Translations under genes and position numbers: made by a program
Assembly: GCA_045863395.1 (NCBI GenBank)
Contig: BTVJ01000026.1
Span: forward strand, 1 to 64,000
Length of the DNA stretch: 64,000 nt
Source: Myxococcales bacterium
GTDB lineage: Bacteria > Myxococcota_A > UBA9042 > JABWCM01 > BTVJ01
Direction of reading: 5' to 3'
Shown: piece by piece, positions 29,896 to 39,415 of the stretch
How the letters are laid out: each line of letters opens with the position of its first letter
How positions within the stretch are numbered: the first letter of the stretch is position 1
The notes under the pieces: generated by a model
The model's input: only the letters and a program-made list of their open reading frames with translations
The model's database searches: none
What the model was told of the DNA's origin: nothing

Positions 29896-30719
29896 TGAGG
29901 CGCCCCTCGTCGGGCGGCTTCACGCTGCTCGAGGTGATGATCGCGATGGGGATCCTGGCCATGGCCTTCGTCGCCATCGGGACCACCACGTCGACGTCCG
30001 TCGTCGGGTCGGCCAAGGTCTATCGCATGACGACGGCCGCGCTGCTGCTGCGCGGCATCGTGCTGGACATCGAGGAGGAGTACAAGATCGAGGGGTTCCC
30101 CACCAACGACCTGACCGGGCGTGACTGCGACCTGCCGTCACCCTTCGACCGTGACTTCCAGTGCGAGTACGACCTGGAGGGCATGCTGTTCGAGGAGGGC
30201 CAACTGGAGATGGTCGCGCAGGAGGCGCTCGCACAGCTCACCGGCGGGCAGGACCCCATGCAGTACATGCAGTCGCTCAAGCAGCAGGGCGGCCGCGGCG
30301 GCGCGGAGGGGGGCCTCCCGGGCATGGAGGCGGTCCAGAGCCAGTTCTCGTCGTTCTCCGCGCTGGCCATGCTGATGACGCCGGAGGGGCAGCAGCTCGG
30401 CGAGATCTGCGGCGTGAACCTGGCCGGGATCATCATGGGCGTGGTGGGAGTGACCCAGTTCTTCCCCGTGATCGTGCAGAAGGCGGCGGAGCAGACCCGA
30501 AAGCTGACCGTGCGGCTCACGTGGAAGGAGGGGCGCCGCAAGGACCGGAAGCTCGAGATCGAGACGTTCATCGTCGTGACCCCCGAGGAGCAGGACGAGC
30601 TGATGAAGGCGCTCGGCCGCGCGGAGGAGGGGGGGATGCTCGACGGCCAGGCGCTGCCGGGTGACGGGCGGGGAGGCCAGCCCGCGCAGCCTGTCCAGCC
30701 TGCCGGCGGGGGGCGCTGA
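29895..30719 (+). CDS. gspI: Minor pseudopilin I-like
   Basis: GGFTLLEVMIAMGIL; RKLTVRLTW; operon position. Confidence 0.8.
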   Translation: MRRPSSGGFTLLEVMIAMGILAMAFVAIGTTTSTSVVGSAKVYRMTTAALLLRGIVLDIEEEYKIEGFPTNDLTGRDCDLPSPFDRDFQCEYDLEGMLFEEGQLEMVAQEALAQLTGGQDPMQYMQSLKQQGGRGGAEGGLPGMEAVQSQFSSFSALAMLMTPEGQQLGEICGVNLAGIIMGVVGVTQFFPVIVQKAAEQTRKLTVRLTWKEGRRKDRKLEIETFIVVTPEEQDELMKALGRAEEGGMLDGQALPGDGRGGQPAQPVQPAGGGR

Positions 30720-31615
30720 TGGTCCCCCGCTTTGGCCGGCGCGGCTTCACGATGATCGAGATCCTGGTGGCGGTGGGCCTGCTCGCCGTCATGACGGCGA
30801 TCATCTACCAGGCCTACCGCATCACCATCCGTGCGCAGACGGAGACGGACAAGCTCCAGGAGCGCTACCACACGGCGCGGGTCGCGCTGATGCACATGAC
30901 CCGTGAGATCTCCATGGCCTTCCTGTCCAAGCACATCAACGCCGACGAGGGGCGCAGCAAGACGCTGTTCGATGGGGGGCGAGAGAAGCTGACGTTCACC
31001 TACCTCGGGCACCAGCGACGGGTGAAGGACGTCAAGGAGAGCGATCAGGGGGTCGTCGAGTACTACTTGCGCTCGTGCAAGGACAGCGCGCGGCCCGGCA
31101 AGTGCCTGTTCCGGCGGGGGAAGCCCATCGTCGACGCAGACCCGGAGAAGGGCGGCACGGTGGACGTGCTCGCCGAGGGGGTCAAGAGCCTCAAGTTCGA
31201 GTACTGGGACCGCGAGAAGGAGGACTGGAAGAGCGAGTGGGAGGTCAGCAGCGACGACTTCGAGGTGGCGCCCGGGCAGATGCTCGACGAGGAGATCACC
31301 GACGAAGAGAAGTCCATGCAGCTCCCGTGGAGGGTGAAGATCCGACTCGTGCTGGTCGACGACGACAAGGATGAGCACACCTTCGAGACGCAGACCGCGC
31401 TCATGCTGCGGGAGCCTCTGGACTTCACGCTCGGTGGGGTGGTCACCAACCTTCGCGGGGCCCTCGGTGGCCGCGACGGAGGCGCGCAGCCTGCCGGCGC
31501 CGGGTTTGGGATCCCCGGGCAGCCCGGAGTGCCCGGGCAGCCCGTCCAACCGGCTGGCGGTCATGGCGGAGGCGCTCAGCCCCTGGCGGCGCCCAACCCG
31601 GGTGGGGGGCGGTGA
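30719..31615 (+). CDS. gspJ: Minor pseudopilin J
   Basis: RGFTMIEILVAV, MTREISMA, LAEGVKSLKFEYWD, LPWRVKI. Confidence 0.88.
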   Translation: MVPRFGRRGFTMIEILVAVGLLAVMTAIIYQAYRITIRAQTETDKLQERYHTARVALMHMTREISMAFLSKHINADEGRSKTLFDGGREKLTFTYLGHQRRVKDVKESDQGVVEYYLRSCKDSARPGKCLFRRGKPIVDADPEKGGTVDVLAEGVKSLKFEYWDREKEDWKSEWEVSSDDFEVAPGQMLDEEITDEEKSMQLPWRVKIRLVLVDDDKDEHTFETQTALMLREPLDFTLGGVVTNLRGALGGRDGGAQPAGAGFGIPGQPGVPGQPVQPAGGHGGGAQPLAAPNPGGGR

Positions 31616-32862
31616 TGGGTGGGCGCACCAGGGACGAGCGTCCCCTGCGCGACGGGTGGGACCGGATCCGACCGCTGCTCGCCGCGGACGTGGCGCGCCG
31701 CGGGCGAGGCGTGGCGCTGCTCATCGTCATGGTCATGGTGGCGGTGCTCGCGGCCTTCAGCGCGGAGTTCAGCTACAACACCCGGGTCAACCTGCGCATG
31801 GCGTCGAACCTGGAGCGCGACGTCCAGGCCTACTACCACGCTCGCAGCGCCATCGAGGTGGCGCGCATGGTCATCCGCGGGCAGGCGATGCTCAACCAGG
31901 TGCTCAGCCTGATGGCCGCCGGGGGCGGCGGCGCGCAGAACATCGAGCTGTGGAGCTACGCCTGCAAGTTCGCAGAGATCTACAACACCGGCAAGGTGGA
32001 CCTCTTCGGCAAGGAGATGTTCGACCTGTCGGGTCAGGCGGGCATCGGCGTGAAGAACGGGAGCTTCACGTGCACGGCCGACGCGGAGGACGGTCGGGTC
32101 AACGTGAACTTTGGCGAGACGGTCGAGGCGAAGAAGGCCATGTTCGCGGAGCTGTTCGGGTTCCTGCGGGGCCCGCGCATCGAGGGCCATGGCCTGACGG
32201 ACGACGACGAGGAGATCATCGACACCCTGCTCAACATCATGGACTGGGTCGACCCGGACGAGGTGAGGACGGACTTCAACCCCCTCGATGGATCGTTCCA
32301 GGAGGGTGGCGGCTCGGGGGAGGACTTCGACTACTCGAAGTACGACTATGGGGCCAAGAACGCCAAGTTCGATTCGGTGGAGGAGCTGCGCCTCGTGGAG
32401 GGCATGGACGACGAGATGTTCTGCAAGCTGCGGGACAAGGTGACCGTCTACTCCACGGAGAAGCTCAACGTGAACACGGCGGACATGGGGCTGATCAATG
32501 CGGTGCTGTGCCAGTCGCTGCCGACGGACCAGCAGCTCACCATGTGCCTGCCGAACGCGGCGCTCGGGGGCATCACGCCCATGGACGCCGTGGGCGCCGT
32601 CGTGGACCAGTGCCGCGAGATCAAGAAGATGCTGATGATGACGCCCTTCAACAACACGCAGAAGTTCCAGCAGGTGGTCAATGGGGTGTCCGCGTACCTG
32701 CAGGCGCCCATCCAGGTGCCGGCGACGGCGCTCCAGCACTTCGGGACCAAGAGCCGCGTCATCCGCATCTCTGCGTCGGGCACCGTCGGGCACACCACCA
32801 AGACCTTGACCGGCGTGATCGACACTGGGAGCGGCAAGTATGTATATTGGCGCGAAGACTGA
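31615..32862 (+). CDS. gspK: Minor pseudopilin K
   Basis: RGVALLIV, EDGRVNVN, IMDWVD, SVEELRLVEG, LNVNTA. Confidence 0.9.
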   Translation: MGGRTRDERPLRDGWDRIRPLLAADVARRGRGVALLIVMVMVAVLAAFSAEFSYNTRVNLRMASNLERDVQAYYHARSAIEVARMVIRGQAMLNQVLSLMAAGGGGAQNIELWSYACKFAEIYNTGKVDLFGKEMFDLSGQAGIGVKNGSFTCTADAEDGRVNVNFGETVEAKKAMFAELFGFLRGPRIEGHGLTDDDEEIIDTLLNIMDWVDPDEVRTDFNPLDGSFQEGGGSGEDFDYSKYDYGAKNAKFDSVEELRLVEGMDDEMFCKLRDKVTVYSTEKLNVNTADMGLINAVLCQSLPTDQQLTMCLPNAALGGITPMDAVGAVVDQCREIKKMLMMTPFNNTQKFQQVVNGVSAYLQAPIQVPATALQHFGTKSRVIRISASGTVGHTTKTLTGVIDTGSGKYVYWRED

Positions 32863-32916
32863 CGGTCAGGCATGCTCGGGCGGGTGCGTGGCCACGGGCA
32901 GCAGGCAGGGCAGGGC

Positions 32917-35094
32917 ATGAGTCAGAGGATCCTCGGGCTGGACATCGGTTCCTCCTCGGTCAAGGCCGTGGTGCTGGAGACGTCGTTCCGGTCGTTCCAG
33001 CTCGTCAGCTTCGCCGAGCGGAGCGTCCGCGACGTCCCGGACGAATCGGAGCGGGACGCACGCAAGGAGGTGCTGCGGCAGATGGTCGCCACGGGCGAGG
33101 CGCGGGCCGAGGTGGTCATGTGCGCGCTCCCCGGCGACAAGGTCATGAGCCGCATCCTGACGTTGCCGTTCGGTGAGCCCAAGCGCATCGAGGCGGTGCT
33201 CGGCTTCGAGCTGGAGTCCTTCCTGCCCATGGGCGTGGACCAGATGGTCTACGATTACCAGATCCTTCATCGGGGGGAGGACAAGACCACGGTTCTGGCT
33301 GCGGCGGTCCAGCGGACCTTCCTGTCCGAGTTCTTGGAAGACCTGAAGGAGATCGGCCTCGATCCGAAGATCGTCAGCCTGGACTCACTGAGCTACCTGA
33401 ACCTCTGGGAGCACCTCAAGCGGACCGCTCCGGGCCCCGTTGCCATCGTCGACGTCGGGGCTCGCACGACGCAGGTGTGCGTCTTGGAGGACGGCCGCGC
33501 CCAGCTCGTGCGCACCATGCGCGTCGCGGGGGACGCCGTCACGGCGGCGCTCGCGCGGAGCCTGGAGGTGGAGTGGGCCGAGGCGGAGCGCATCAAGTGC
33601 GACCGGGGGCTGCTGCCGGCGAGCGGCATGGCCCTGTCCCCCGACGACCGGCGCATCGCCGACGCCTGTGCGGAGGGGGTGAAGCCGCTGCTCCGCGATC
33701 TGCGCCAGACGTTCCAGGCGTACCTTGCCCAGTCGGGGCGAGAGGGCATCGGGCGGGTCCTGCTGTGCGGCGGGAGCTCGCGCCTGTTGGGGGTCCAGGA
33801 GCACCTGGAGGAGCAGCTCGGCGTCGACGTGGAGCTGCTCGACGTAGCCTCCACGGACTTCAACAAGCTCGCCGACCCCACGGCGGGCGCCGGTATCATC
33901 CAGAAGGCGTTGGCGCTGTCACTGCGGGCCGTGGGCGGGCGCTCGCACTCGGATCTCAACTTCCGGCAGGGGCCCTACGCCTACCAGGGCGACTTCCAGT
34001 TCCTGCGGGACAAGACCTTCTACCTGATCGCCCTCGCCTTGATGCTGATGGGCGTCGCGGGCTTCAAGGCATACGCGCGCTATCGCGTCCTCGATGACCG
34101 CCGCCAGGCGCAGGTGGTGGAGCTGGCGAAGTTCTCGAAGGAGGTGCTCGGCAAGGAGCGCGACGACTACGACGCGGTCTTGCGGACCCTCGGTGACGTG
34201 CCGGACGTGGAGGACCTGCGCATCTTCCCCGAGGTGTCTGCGACGCAGGTGTTCTACGACATCACGTCGGCGCTCCAGAGCGTCAACTATACGTCGAAGG
34301 CGGACCTGGCGCAGGCGGTGGTCGGCGGGAAGGCTGCCTCGCGCCCGGCTGCTGGCGCGCTCCCGGGCGCCGAGGGAGACGAAGGGAGGGCGCCTGCCCC
34401 CATTCGGCCTCCCGGTCCAGCCCAGGCGGACCTGCCGATCAGCGTGGAGGACCGCGCGGCGCGCCTGGAGCGGCTGCGGGAGGCCCGGGATGCGGCCGAG
34501 GCGACGGGGCGCCTCCACACGACGCGTGGGCCGGACCTGGAGCGGCTGCGCGCCGAGCGTCTCCAGCAGCTCCGCGGTGGTCAGGTCGGGACCGGGGTCG
34601 GCGGCATGGCGGCGCCCGCGCGGGGCGTGGTGCTCCCCCCGACGCCGACGGTGCTTCCGCCCGCTCCGGCGATCCCTGGGGCGAGCGTCCGAGCCAACCG
34701 CGACGCGGTCCGCGTAGCGGAGGAGCCCCGGGGTGCCCTTGCCGCGCCGGGCGCCATGCCGCGCGATGGTGAGGTGCGTCCCGAGGGGGAGGCGCCGCCG
34801 GCAGAGGGCGGCGCGCCTGCGAATGACAACCTCCAGGTGGAGCTGGAGGAGGTCCGCATCGAGGAGTCCTCCGCCTACGTCAAGGGCCAGGCCAACACCA
34901 TCGAGGCGCTGGAGCTCTTTGCGCAGCGGCTCGAGGCGCACCGGTGCTTGCGGGACGTGGTGACGGCGGACACGGACAAGGTGACCTTCGCGCGGCACCA
35001 GGGCTGGCTGATGTTCAAGCTGGAGATGGCGCTCGACTGCCGAGACCCGAAGAAGGCAGCGAAGAAGGACAAGAAGACCGGGGAGGCGGAGTGA
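32917..35094 (+). CDS. gspL: GspL-like protein (PilM-like cytoplasmic domain, TM helix, PilN-like domain)
   Basis: ILGLDIGSSSVK, IVDVGARTT, LCGGSSRL, LNFRQG followed by TM; operon position. Confidence 0.85.
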   Translation: MSQRILGLDIGSSSVKAVVLETSFRSFQLVSFAERSVRDVPDESERDARKEVLRQMVATGEARAEVVMCALPGDKVMSRILTLPFGEPKRIEAVLGFELESFLPMGVDQMVYDYQILHRGEDKTTVLAAAVQRTFLSEFLEDLKEIGLDPKIVSLDSLSYLNLWEHLKRTAPGPVAIVDVGARTTQVCVLEDGRAQLVRTMRVAGDAVTAALARSLEVEWAEAERIKCDRGLLPASGMALSPDDRRIADACAEGVKPLLRDLRQTFQAYLAQSGREGIGRVLLCGGSSRLLGVQEHLEEQLGVDVELLDVASTDFNKLADPTAGAGIIQKALALSLRAVGGRSHSDLNFRQGPYAYQGDFQFLRDKTFYLIALALMLMGVAGFKAYARYRVLDDRRQAQVVELAKFSKEVLGKERDDYDAVLRTLGDVPDVEDLRIFPEVSATQVFYDITSALQSVNYTSKADLAQAVVGGKAASRPAAGALPGAEGDEGRAPAPIRPPGPAQADLPISVEDRAARLERLREARDAAEATGRLHTTRGPDLERLRAERLQQLRGGQVGTGVGGMAAPARGVVLPPTPTVLPPAPAIPGASVRANRDAVRVAEEPRGALAAPGAMPRDGEVRPEGEAPPAEGGAPANDNLQVELEEVRIEESSAYVKGQANTIEALELFAQRLEAHRCLRDVVTADTDKVTFARHQGWLMFKLEMALDCRDPKKAAKKDKKTGEAE

Positions 35095-35738
35095 TGGCGT
35101 CCGAGGGAAGGTTCGCCGCATTTGATCGCCTGTCGACCCGCGAGAAGCTGATGGTCGGCGGACTCGGGGCCTTCTTCCTGGTCGGGGTCGTCCTCGTCGT
35201 CGTGTTGGTAGTGAGCAGCTACCTGTCGGGGATCGAGGAGGAGATTGCGGACGCCGAGGAGAAATCCAAGAAGCTCCAGGCGGCGGCCTCGACCTACCTG
35301 GAGGTGAAGTCCAAGGAGGAGGCCCTGCTCGACCTGCTGCAGAACAACCCCATCGTCAGCCTCCGGATCCCCATCAACAACCTGGCCAAGAGCGTCACGC
35401 TGCCGGACAACACGACCCTGAGCGACGTCATCCGCTTCGAGGGCAAGACGGTGGAGACGCCCATCGCCGCGTTCGGAGACAAGAAGGGCAAGAAGAAGCC
35501 CAAGAAGAAGGGCAAGGGCGAGGAGGACACGGGGCCCCAGACCTTGAAGATCGAGCAGGACTTCGAGTTCCGGGACGTCCCGATCGCGTCGCTGTTCGAC
35601 TTTCTGGAGAACATCGAGAAGAGCCCCGACCTGCTGTTCGTGACGAAGCTGGAGATCCGCCGGAAGTTCGGCGACTACGACAAGGCCCAGTCCGCCTTCG
35701 TAACGGTCTCCACGTACAAGCGGACGGGGACGCCATGA
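35094..35738 (+). CDS. gspM: GspM-like protein
   Basis: LSTREKLMV + TM + coiled coil; LFDFLENIE; operon position. Confidence 0.75.
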   Translation: MASEGRFAAFDRLSTREKLMVGGLGAFFLVGVVLVVVLVVSSYLSGIEEEIADAEEKSKKLQAAASTYLEVKSKEEALLDLLQNNPIVSLRIPINNLAKSVTLPDNTTLSDVIRFEGKTVETPIAAFGDKKGKKKPKKKGKGEEDTGPQTLKIEQDFEFRDVPIASLFDFLENIEKSPDLLFVTKLEIRRKFGDYDKAQSAFVTVSTYKRTGTP

Positions 35739-37471
35739 GCAGCATCTGGAAGACCATCGCCAGGGGCTTCGGCTACCTGATCTTCTTCGTCGTGGCGCTG
35801 GTCTTCTTCGTCTACGTCACCTTCCCCATGGAGCAGGTGCGCGGCTACGTGGAGTACCAGGCGCAGAAGCGCCTGAAGATGGACGTCCGAATCGGCGAGC
35901 TGGCGCTGAAGGGCCTCGGTGGGGTGGAGCTCTGGGACGTCGTCGTCGTGCTCCCCGAGAAGCCGAAGGAGCCGTCGGCGGCGGAGGAGGCGGGTGTGAC
36001 GCGCCCCGGCGGCCCGGCGACCGAGGCGCCGCCAGCCGCTCCGAGGGCGCCGGCCGCGGCGAAGCCGGTCGATGCCGCCAAGGCGGGCGCTACGCCCAAG
36101 GCGCCCCCCAAGGCGCTCCCCAAGGATGCCGCCGCTTCCGAGGGAGACGCCAAGACGGACAAGAAGCCCAAGGGCCTGCGGGTGAAGATCGACCACGTGG
36201 ACGTCAGCGTCAGTCTCCTCGACGTGCTCTTCGGCAAGGAGCCGGACGTGCGCATCGACGCGGAGCTGCTGGGCGGGTCCATCTCGGACGCTCACGTCAG
36301 GAAGGATGGAAAGAAGATCCGCATCGAGGCCAAGGAGGTGAGCGGCCTCGATCTCACCGCGACGCCGCTGCTCGGCTACGTCGGTCCCTTCGACGTGCGG
36401 GGCAAGCTGTCCGGGAGCATCGACTTCACCTGGGGCGGGAGCCTGTGGGACAGCGCAGGCACCATCGAGCTGGCCCTGGCCCAGTCGTCCATCCGCCAGC
36501 CGGAGCTCAAGTCCAAGGCGTACGGGGACTTCAAGCTCACGGACGTCAAGACCGGCGCCCTCGCCGTGAAGGTGGCGGTCGGGAAGAAGGCGGACATCGC
36601 GACGCTGCGCGCGGCCCCCGGCCCCAAGGACGCCACGGTCGTTCACCTGGAGAAGGTGGAGTCGAGCGGCGAAGACGCGGAGCTGGTCACCGAGGAGCGG
36701 AGCGTGTTCGTGCTGCGCAAGGGCAAGCCGTTTGGAGACGCGTCCATGACCGTGGAGATCGCCTTCGCCCTGTCGGAGCCCTTCTTCGAGCGGGAGGTGG
36801 TGCGCCAGGGGGAGAAGGAGAAGCCCAACAAGTTCCTGAAGTACCTCCTCGAGCACGACGCCAAGTGGAAGAAGGCAGAGAAGAACGGGTTCTATGGCCT
36901 CCGGTGCACCGGCGTGGTCAAGCGGCCCGAGTGCCTCCCGGTGCGGCCCACGATGCGCGTGGGCTTTGCGAAGGCGCGCACCGATGGCGGAGAGGAGCCC
37001 GCCAAGGACGCCCCCGAGAAGGGCGACGCGTTGGACACGAAGCGTCCCGAGACGCCGGCGCCGAGCGCCCGCGGGGACCAGCGGGAGCCGGGGGCGCGAC
37101 CGACGCTGGGGACGGTGCAGGACCTGCCGCGGGAGCGCCCGACCCAGGTCGAGGCGGAGCCCGTGGATGAAGGGCCGCAGCCGAAGGTGCCGCGCATCCG
37201 CACGCCGGCGACCGGCGTCGACCCCAAGGTGCGCATCGAGCAGCTCAAGGCGGAGCGGGAGCAGCGGCTGCAGGAGATGCGCGCCGCCCGGGGGCTGCCC
37301 CCGGAGCCCGTAGCCGAGCCTCTGCCCGAGGACGCGCCGCTGCCTCTGGACGAGGAGCTGGTCGACGAGGTGCCACTGGACGAAGTGCCTCTGGATGACG
37401 CTCCCCACGTGGAGGGAGCCATCGACGAGCTGCCCTTGGACGAAGACCCCAACTTCGACCCGGACCGCTGA
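35735..37471 (+). CDS. gspN: GspN-like protein with low-complexity insert and tail
   Basis: FFVYVTFPME N-terminus, ELLGGSI, GKLSGSIDF; last gene of the operon. Confidence 0.75.
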   Translation: MSSIWKTIARGFGYLIFFVVALVFFVYVTFPMEQVRGYVEYQAQKRLKMDVRIGELALKGLGGVELWDVVVVLPEKPKEPSAAEEAGVTRPGGPATEAPPAAPRAPAAAKPVDAAKAGATPKAPPKALPKDAAASEGDAKTDKKPKGLRVKIDHVDVSVSLLDVLFGKEPDVRIDAELLGGSISDAHVRKDGKKIRIEAKEVSGLDLTATPLLGYVGPFDVRGKLSGSIDFTWGGSLWDSAGTIELALAQSSIRQPELKSKAYGDFKLTDVKTGALAVKVAVGKKADIATLRAAPGPKDATVVHLEKVESSGEDAELVTEERSVFVLRKGKPFGDASMTVEIAFALSEPFFEREVVRQGEKEKPNKFLKYLLEHDAKWKKAEKNGFYGLRCTGVVKRPECLPVRPTMRVGFAKARTDGGEEPAKDAPEKGDALDTKRPETPAPSARGDQREPGARPTLGTVQDLPRERPTQVEAEPVDEGPQPKVPRIRTPATGVDPKVRIEQLKAEREQRLQEMRAARGLPPEPVAEPLPEDAPLPLDEELVDEVPLDEVPLDDAPHVEGAIDELPLDEDPNFDPDR

Positions 37472-37480
37472 TCAGGGTCC

Positions 37481-38245
37481 TCAGGGCTTGCGGTCGTGCC
37501 GCACTGTCCCGTCTGTCTCCGTCGCGCCTTGACCCGAGCGGGCGAACTCCCGGCGGTGCACTGCCTCCACCTCCACCGTCCCCGTCTCCAGATCGAAGTG
37601 GAGCTGACGCACCGCGTGTGACGCGATGGCGAGCAGCGGGGTGCCGTCCAGCGCCTCGGTGCGCGTCGTCGAGCGCACGTCGGCCTCGATGACGCCCAGC
37701 GTGCGCTCGCCTGCGTTGAGCGTGCCCAGGAAGGTGACCGTCTCCGACTGCTTGCCGGTCGTCTTCGTGCCGTCTCCGCCCAGCCGGACGACGGGGTTCT
37801 CGCTCGACCAGCTCTCGCCCGGAGCGAGCGCCCGCTTGGGCGCGTCGAGGGCCGTCTTGTCCAGGCGGTAGTCCTGGAGCAGGGCCCGCTTCGCGTCGTC
37901 GGCGAGAGGCTGAGGCTTGCCGTCGAGGGTGGCCTTCGCATCCATGGACACGACCTTCCAGGACAGCGAGCCGTCGGGCCCCTTGGCGATCTCGGAGGTG
38001 GCGTTCGCCGTGACCGCCCACACCTGGTGGGACGGCTGGAGGCGCGTGACCGTGCCCGTGAGCTGTGTCGCGTAGCTGCCGTGCAGTGGGAACCGAGGGG
38101 ACGGGACCACGAGCGGGGAGCCGGAGGTGACCAGGCCGGCGGGGGGCGGGAGCGACGCGTCCAGCTCGGAAGGGGAGGGCACCTTCAGGGTCGCGCAGGC
38201 GCCCAGAAGCGCGCACGCGACGAGCGCCGGGAGTGCGCGAAGCAT
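37481..38245 (-). CDS. Hypothetical lipoprotein
   Basis: Lipobox LLGAC; beta-rich mature domain. Confidence 0.7.
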   Translation of the reverse strand: MLRALPALVACALLGACATLKVPSPSELDASLPPPAGLVTSGSPLVVPSPRFPLHGSYATQLTGTVTRLQPSHQVWAVTANATSEIAKGPDGSLSWKVVSMDAKATLDGKPQPLADDAKRALLQDYRLDKTALDAPKRALAPGESWSSENPVVRLGGDGTKTTGKQSETVTFLGTLNAGERTLGVIEADVRSTTRTEALDGTPLLAIASHAVRQLHFDLETGTVEVEAVHRREFARSGQGATETDGTVRHDRKP

Positions 38246-38266
38246 CGGGGGCTCCTTGGTGGCGAC

Positions 38267-39217
38267 CTACTGGCCGCCGCAGTACTTCTTGCCGGCGTTG
38301 TTTTCGTTGCAGCTCGTGTAGTCGGGCGAGATGGTCTTGCAGCCGTCCAGGCCGCCAAGTCCGGTGGAGCTGTCGCAGCGGATTGCGCAGTGGTCGATCT
38401 GGCCCTTGCTGCCCTCCGGCTTCACGCACGTGAAGTACAGCTTGGCGGCCGGGTCGTCGTCCTTGGAGCACTCGGGCGTGAATCCCGGACAGCCTCCGCA
38501 CCGCTTCGCGCACACCTTGAACTTGCCACCGGTGACGTTGGGGTTGGTGTCCGTGCACAGCCCGTGGATGCAGTCACCGTTCTCCTGGCAAGGCTCGCCC
38601 GGGAGCAGGCCGTCAGGGTTCGGCGCGTCTTCGGTGTTGTAGCAGCCCGCGCCCGGGTTCACGGGCGTGACGCCGCCGTCGCCCCCGGACGCATCGGACC
38701 CACCCCCGCCCGACCCGTCCCCTCCTCCGCTGCCGCTGCCGTCCGCGCCGCCCCCGTTGAGCGCGCTGTTCACGCAGATCTTGCTGGCTCCGATCCCGAC
38801 GTTCTTGCACGCGTCGTAGCCGAGCTGCGCCTTGGTGCAATCTGAATCGGAGGTGCAGGAGATGACGCACCGCCGGAGCTGCTGCCCCAGGTCGTTCTTG
38901 TAGGGCAGGCACGTGTAGAACACCCCCTCCGCCTCGAGATCCAGGGTCTTGCACTCGATGGGCAGGGGGCACACGCCGGAGCACGAGCGGATGCAGATCT
39001 TCTTCGTCGGAGACGCGAACTTGTCGGTGCCGCAGACATTGCTCTGGCACTCCTCGTTCTTCTCGCACGGCACGCCGGCGACCTTGCCCGACTCCTGGGG
39101 GGCGGGTGAGTCGCAGTAGTCGGCCGTCCCCCCGCCCGACGAGCTGTCACACGCAGCGCTCGGCCCGAGCAGCGCGAAGGCGGCCACGGCGAGGGCCCAG
39201 GTGCAGGTTGGCTTCAT
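38267..39217 (-). CDS. Cys-rich lipoprotein with two tandem homologous domains
   Basis: GAGGAG SD; signal ending SAAC; two ~105-aa Cys-patterned units joined by a Gly/Ser linker. Confidence 0.8.
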   Translation of the reverse strand: MKPTCTWALAVAAFALLGPSAACDSSSGGGTADYCDSPAPQESGKVAGVPCEKNEECQSNVCGTDKFASPTKKICIRSCSGVCPLPIECKTLDLEAEGVFYTCLPYKNDLGQQLRRCVISCTSDSDCTKAQLGYDACKNVGIGASKICVNSALNGGGADGSGSGGGDGSGGGGSDASGGDGGVTPVNPGAGCYNTEDAPNPDGLLPGEPCQENGDCIHGLCTDTNPNVTGGKFKVCAKRCGGCPGFTPECSKDDDPAAKLYFTCVKPEGSKGQIDHCAIRCDSSTGLGGLDGCKTISPDYTSCNENNAGKKYCGGQ

Positions 39218-39415
39218 GATGATCTCCTCTTCGTTCGGGGGTGCCACGGCGTCGTGGTGCGGGAGTATAGCCCACGGGTCCGCTCCACGACAATCGCCGC
39301 GTAGGCCCACGCCGCGGAACGCTCCCGCCGGCCCCCATTTTCCTTTGTGCGAGCGAACGACCTGCGCTATCATCGCGGCTCGCGTGCCTCGAAGGTCCTC
39401 AGGAGTGCATCGGGC

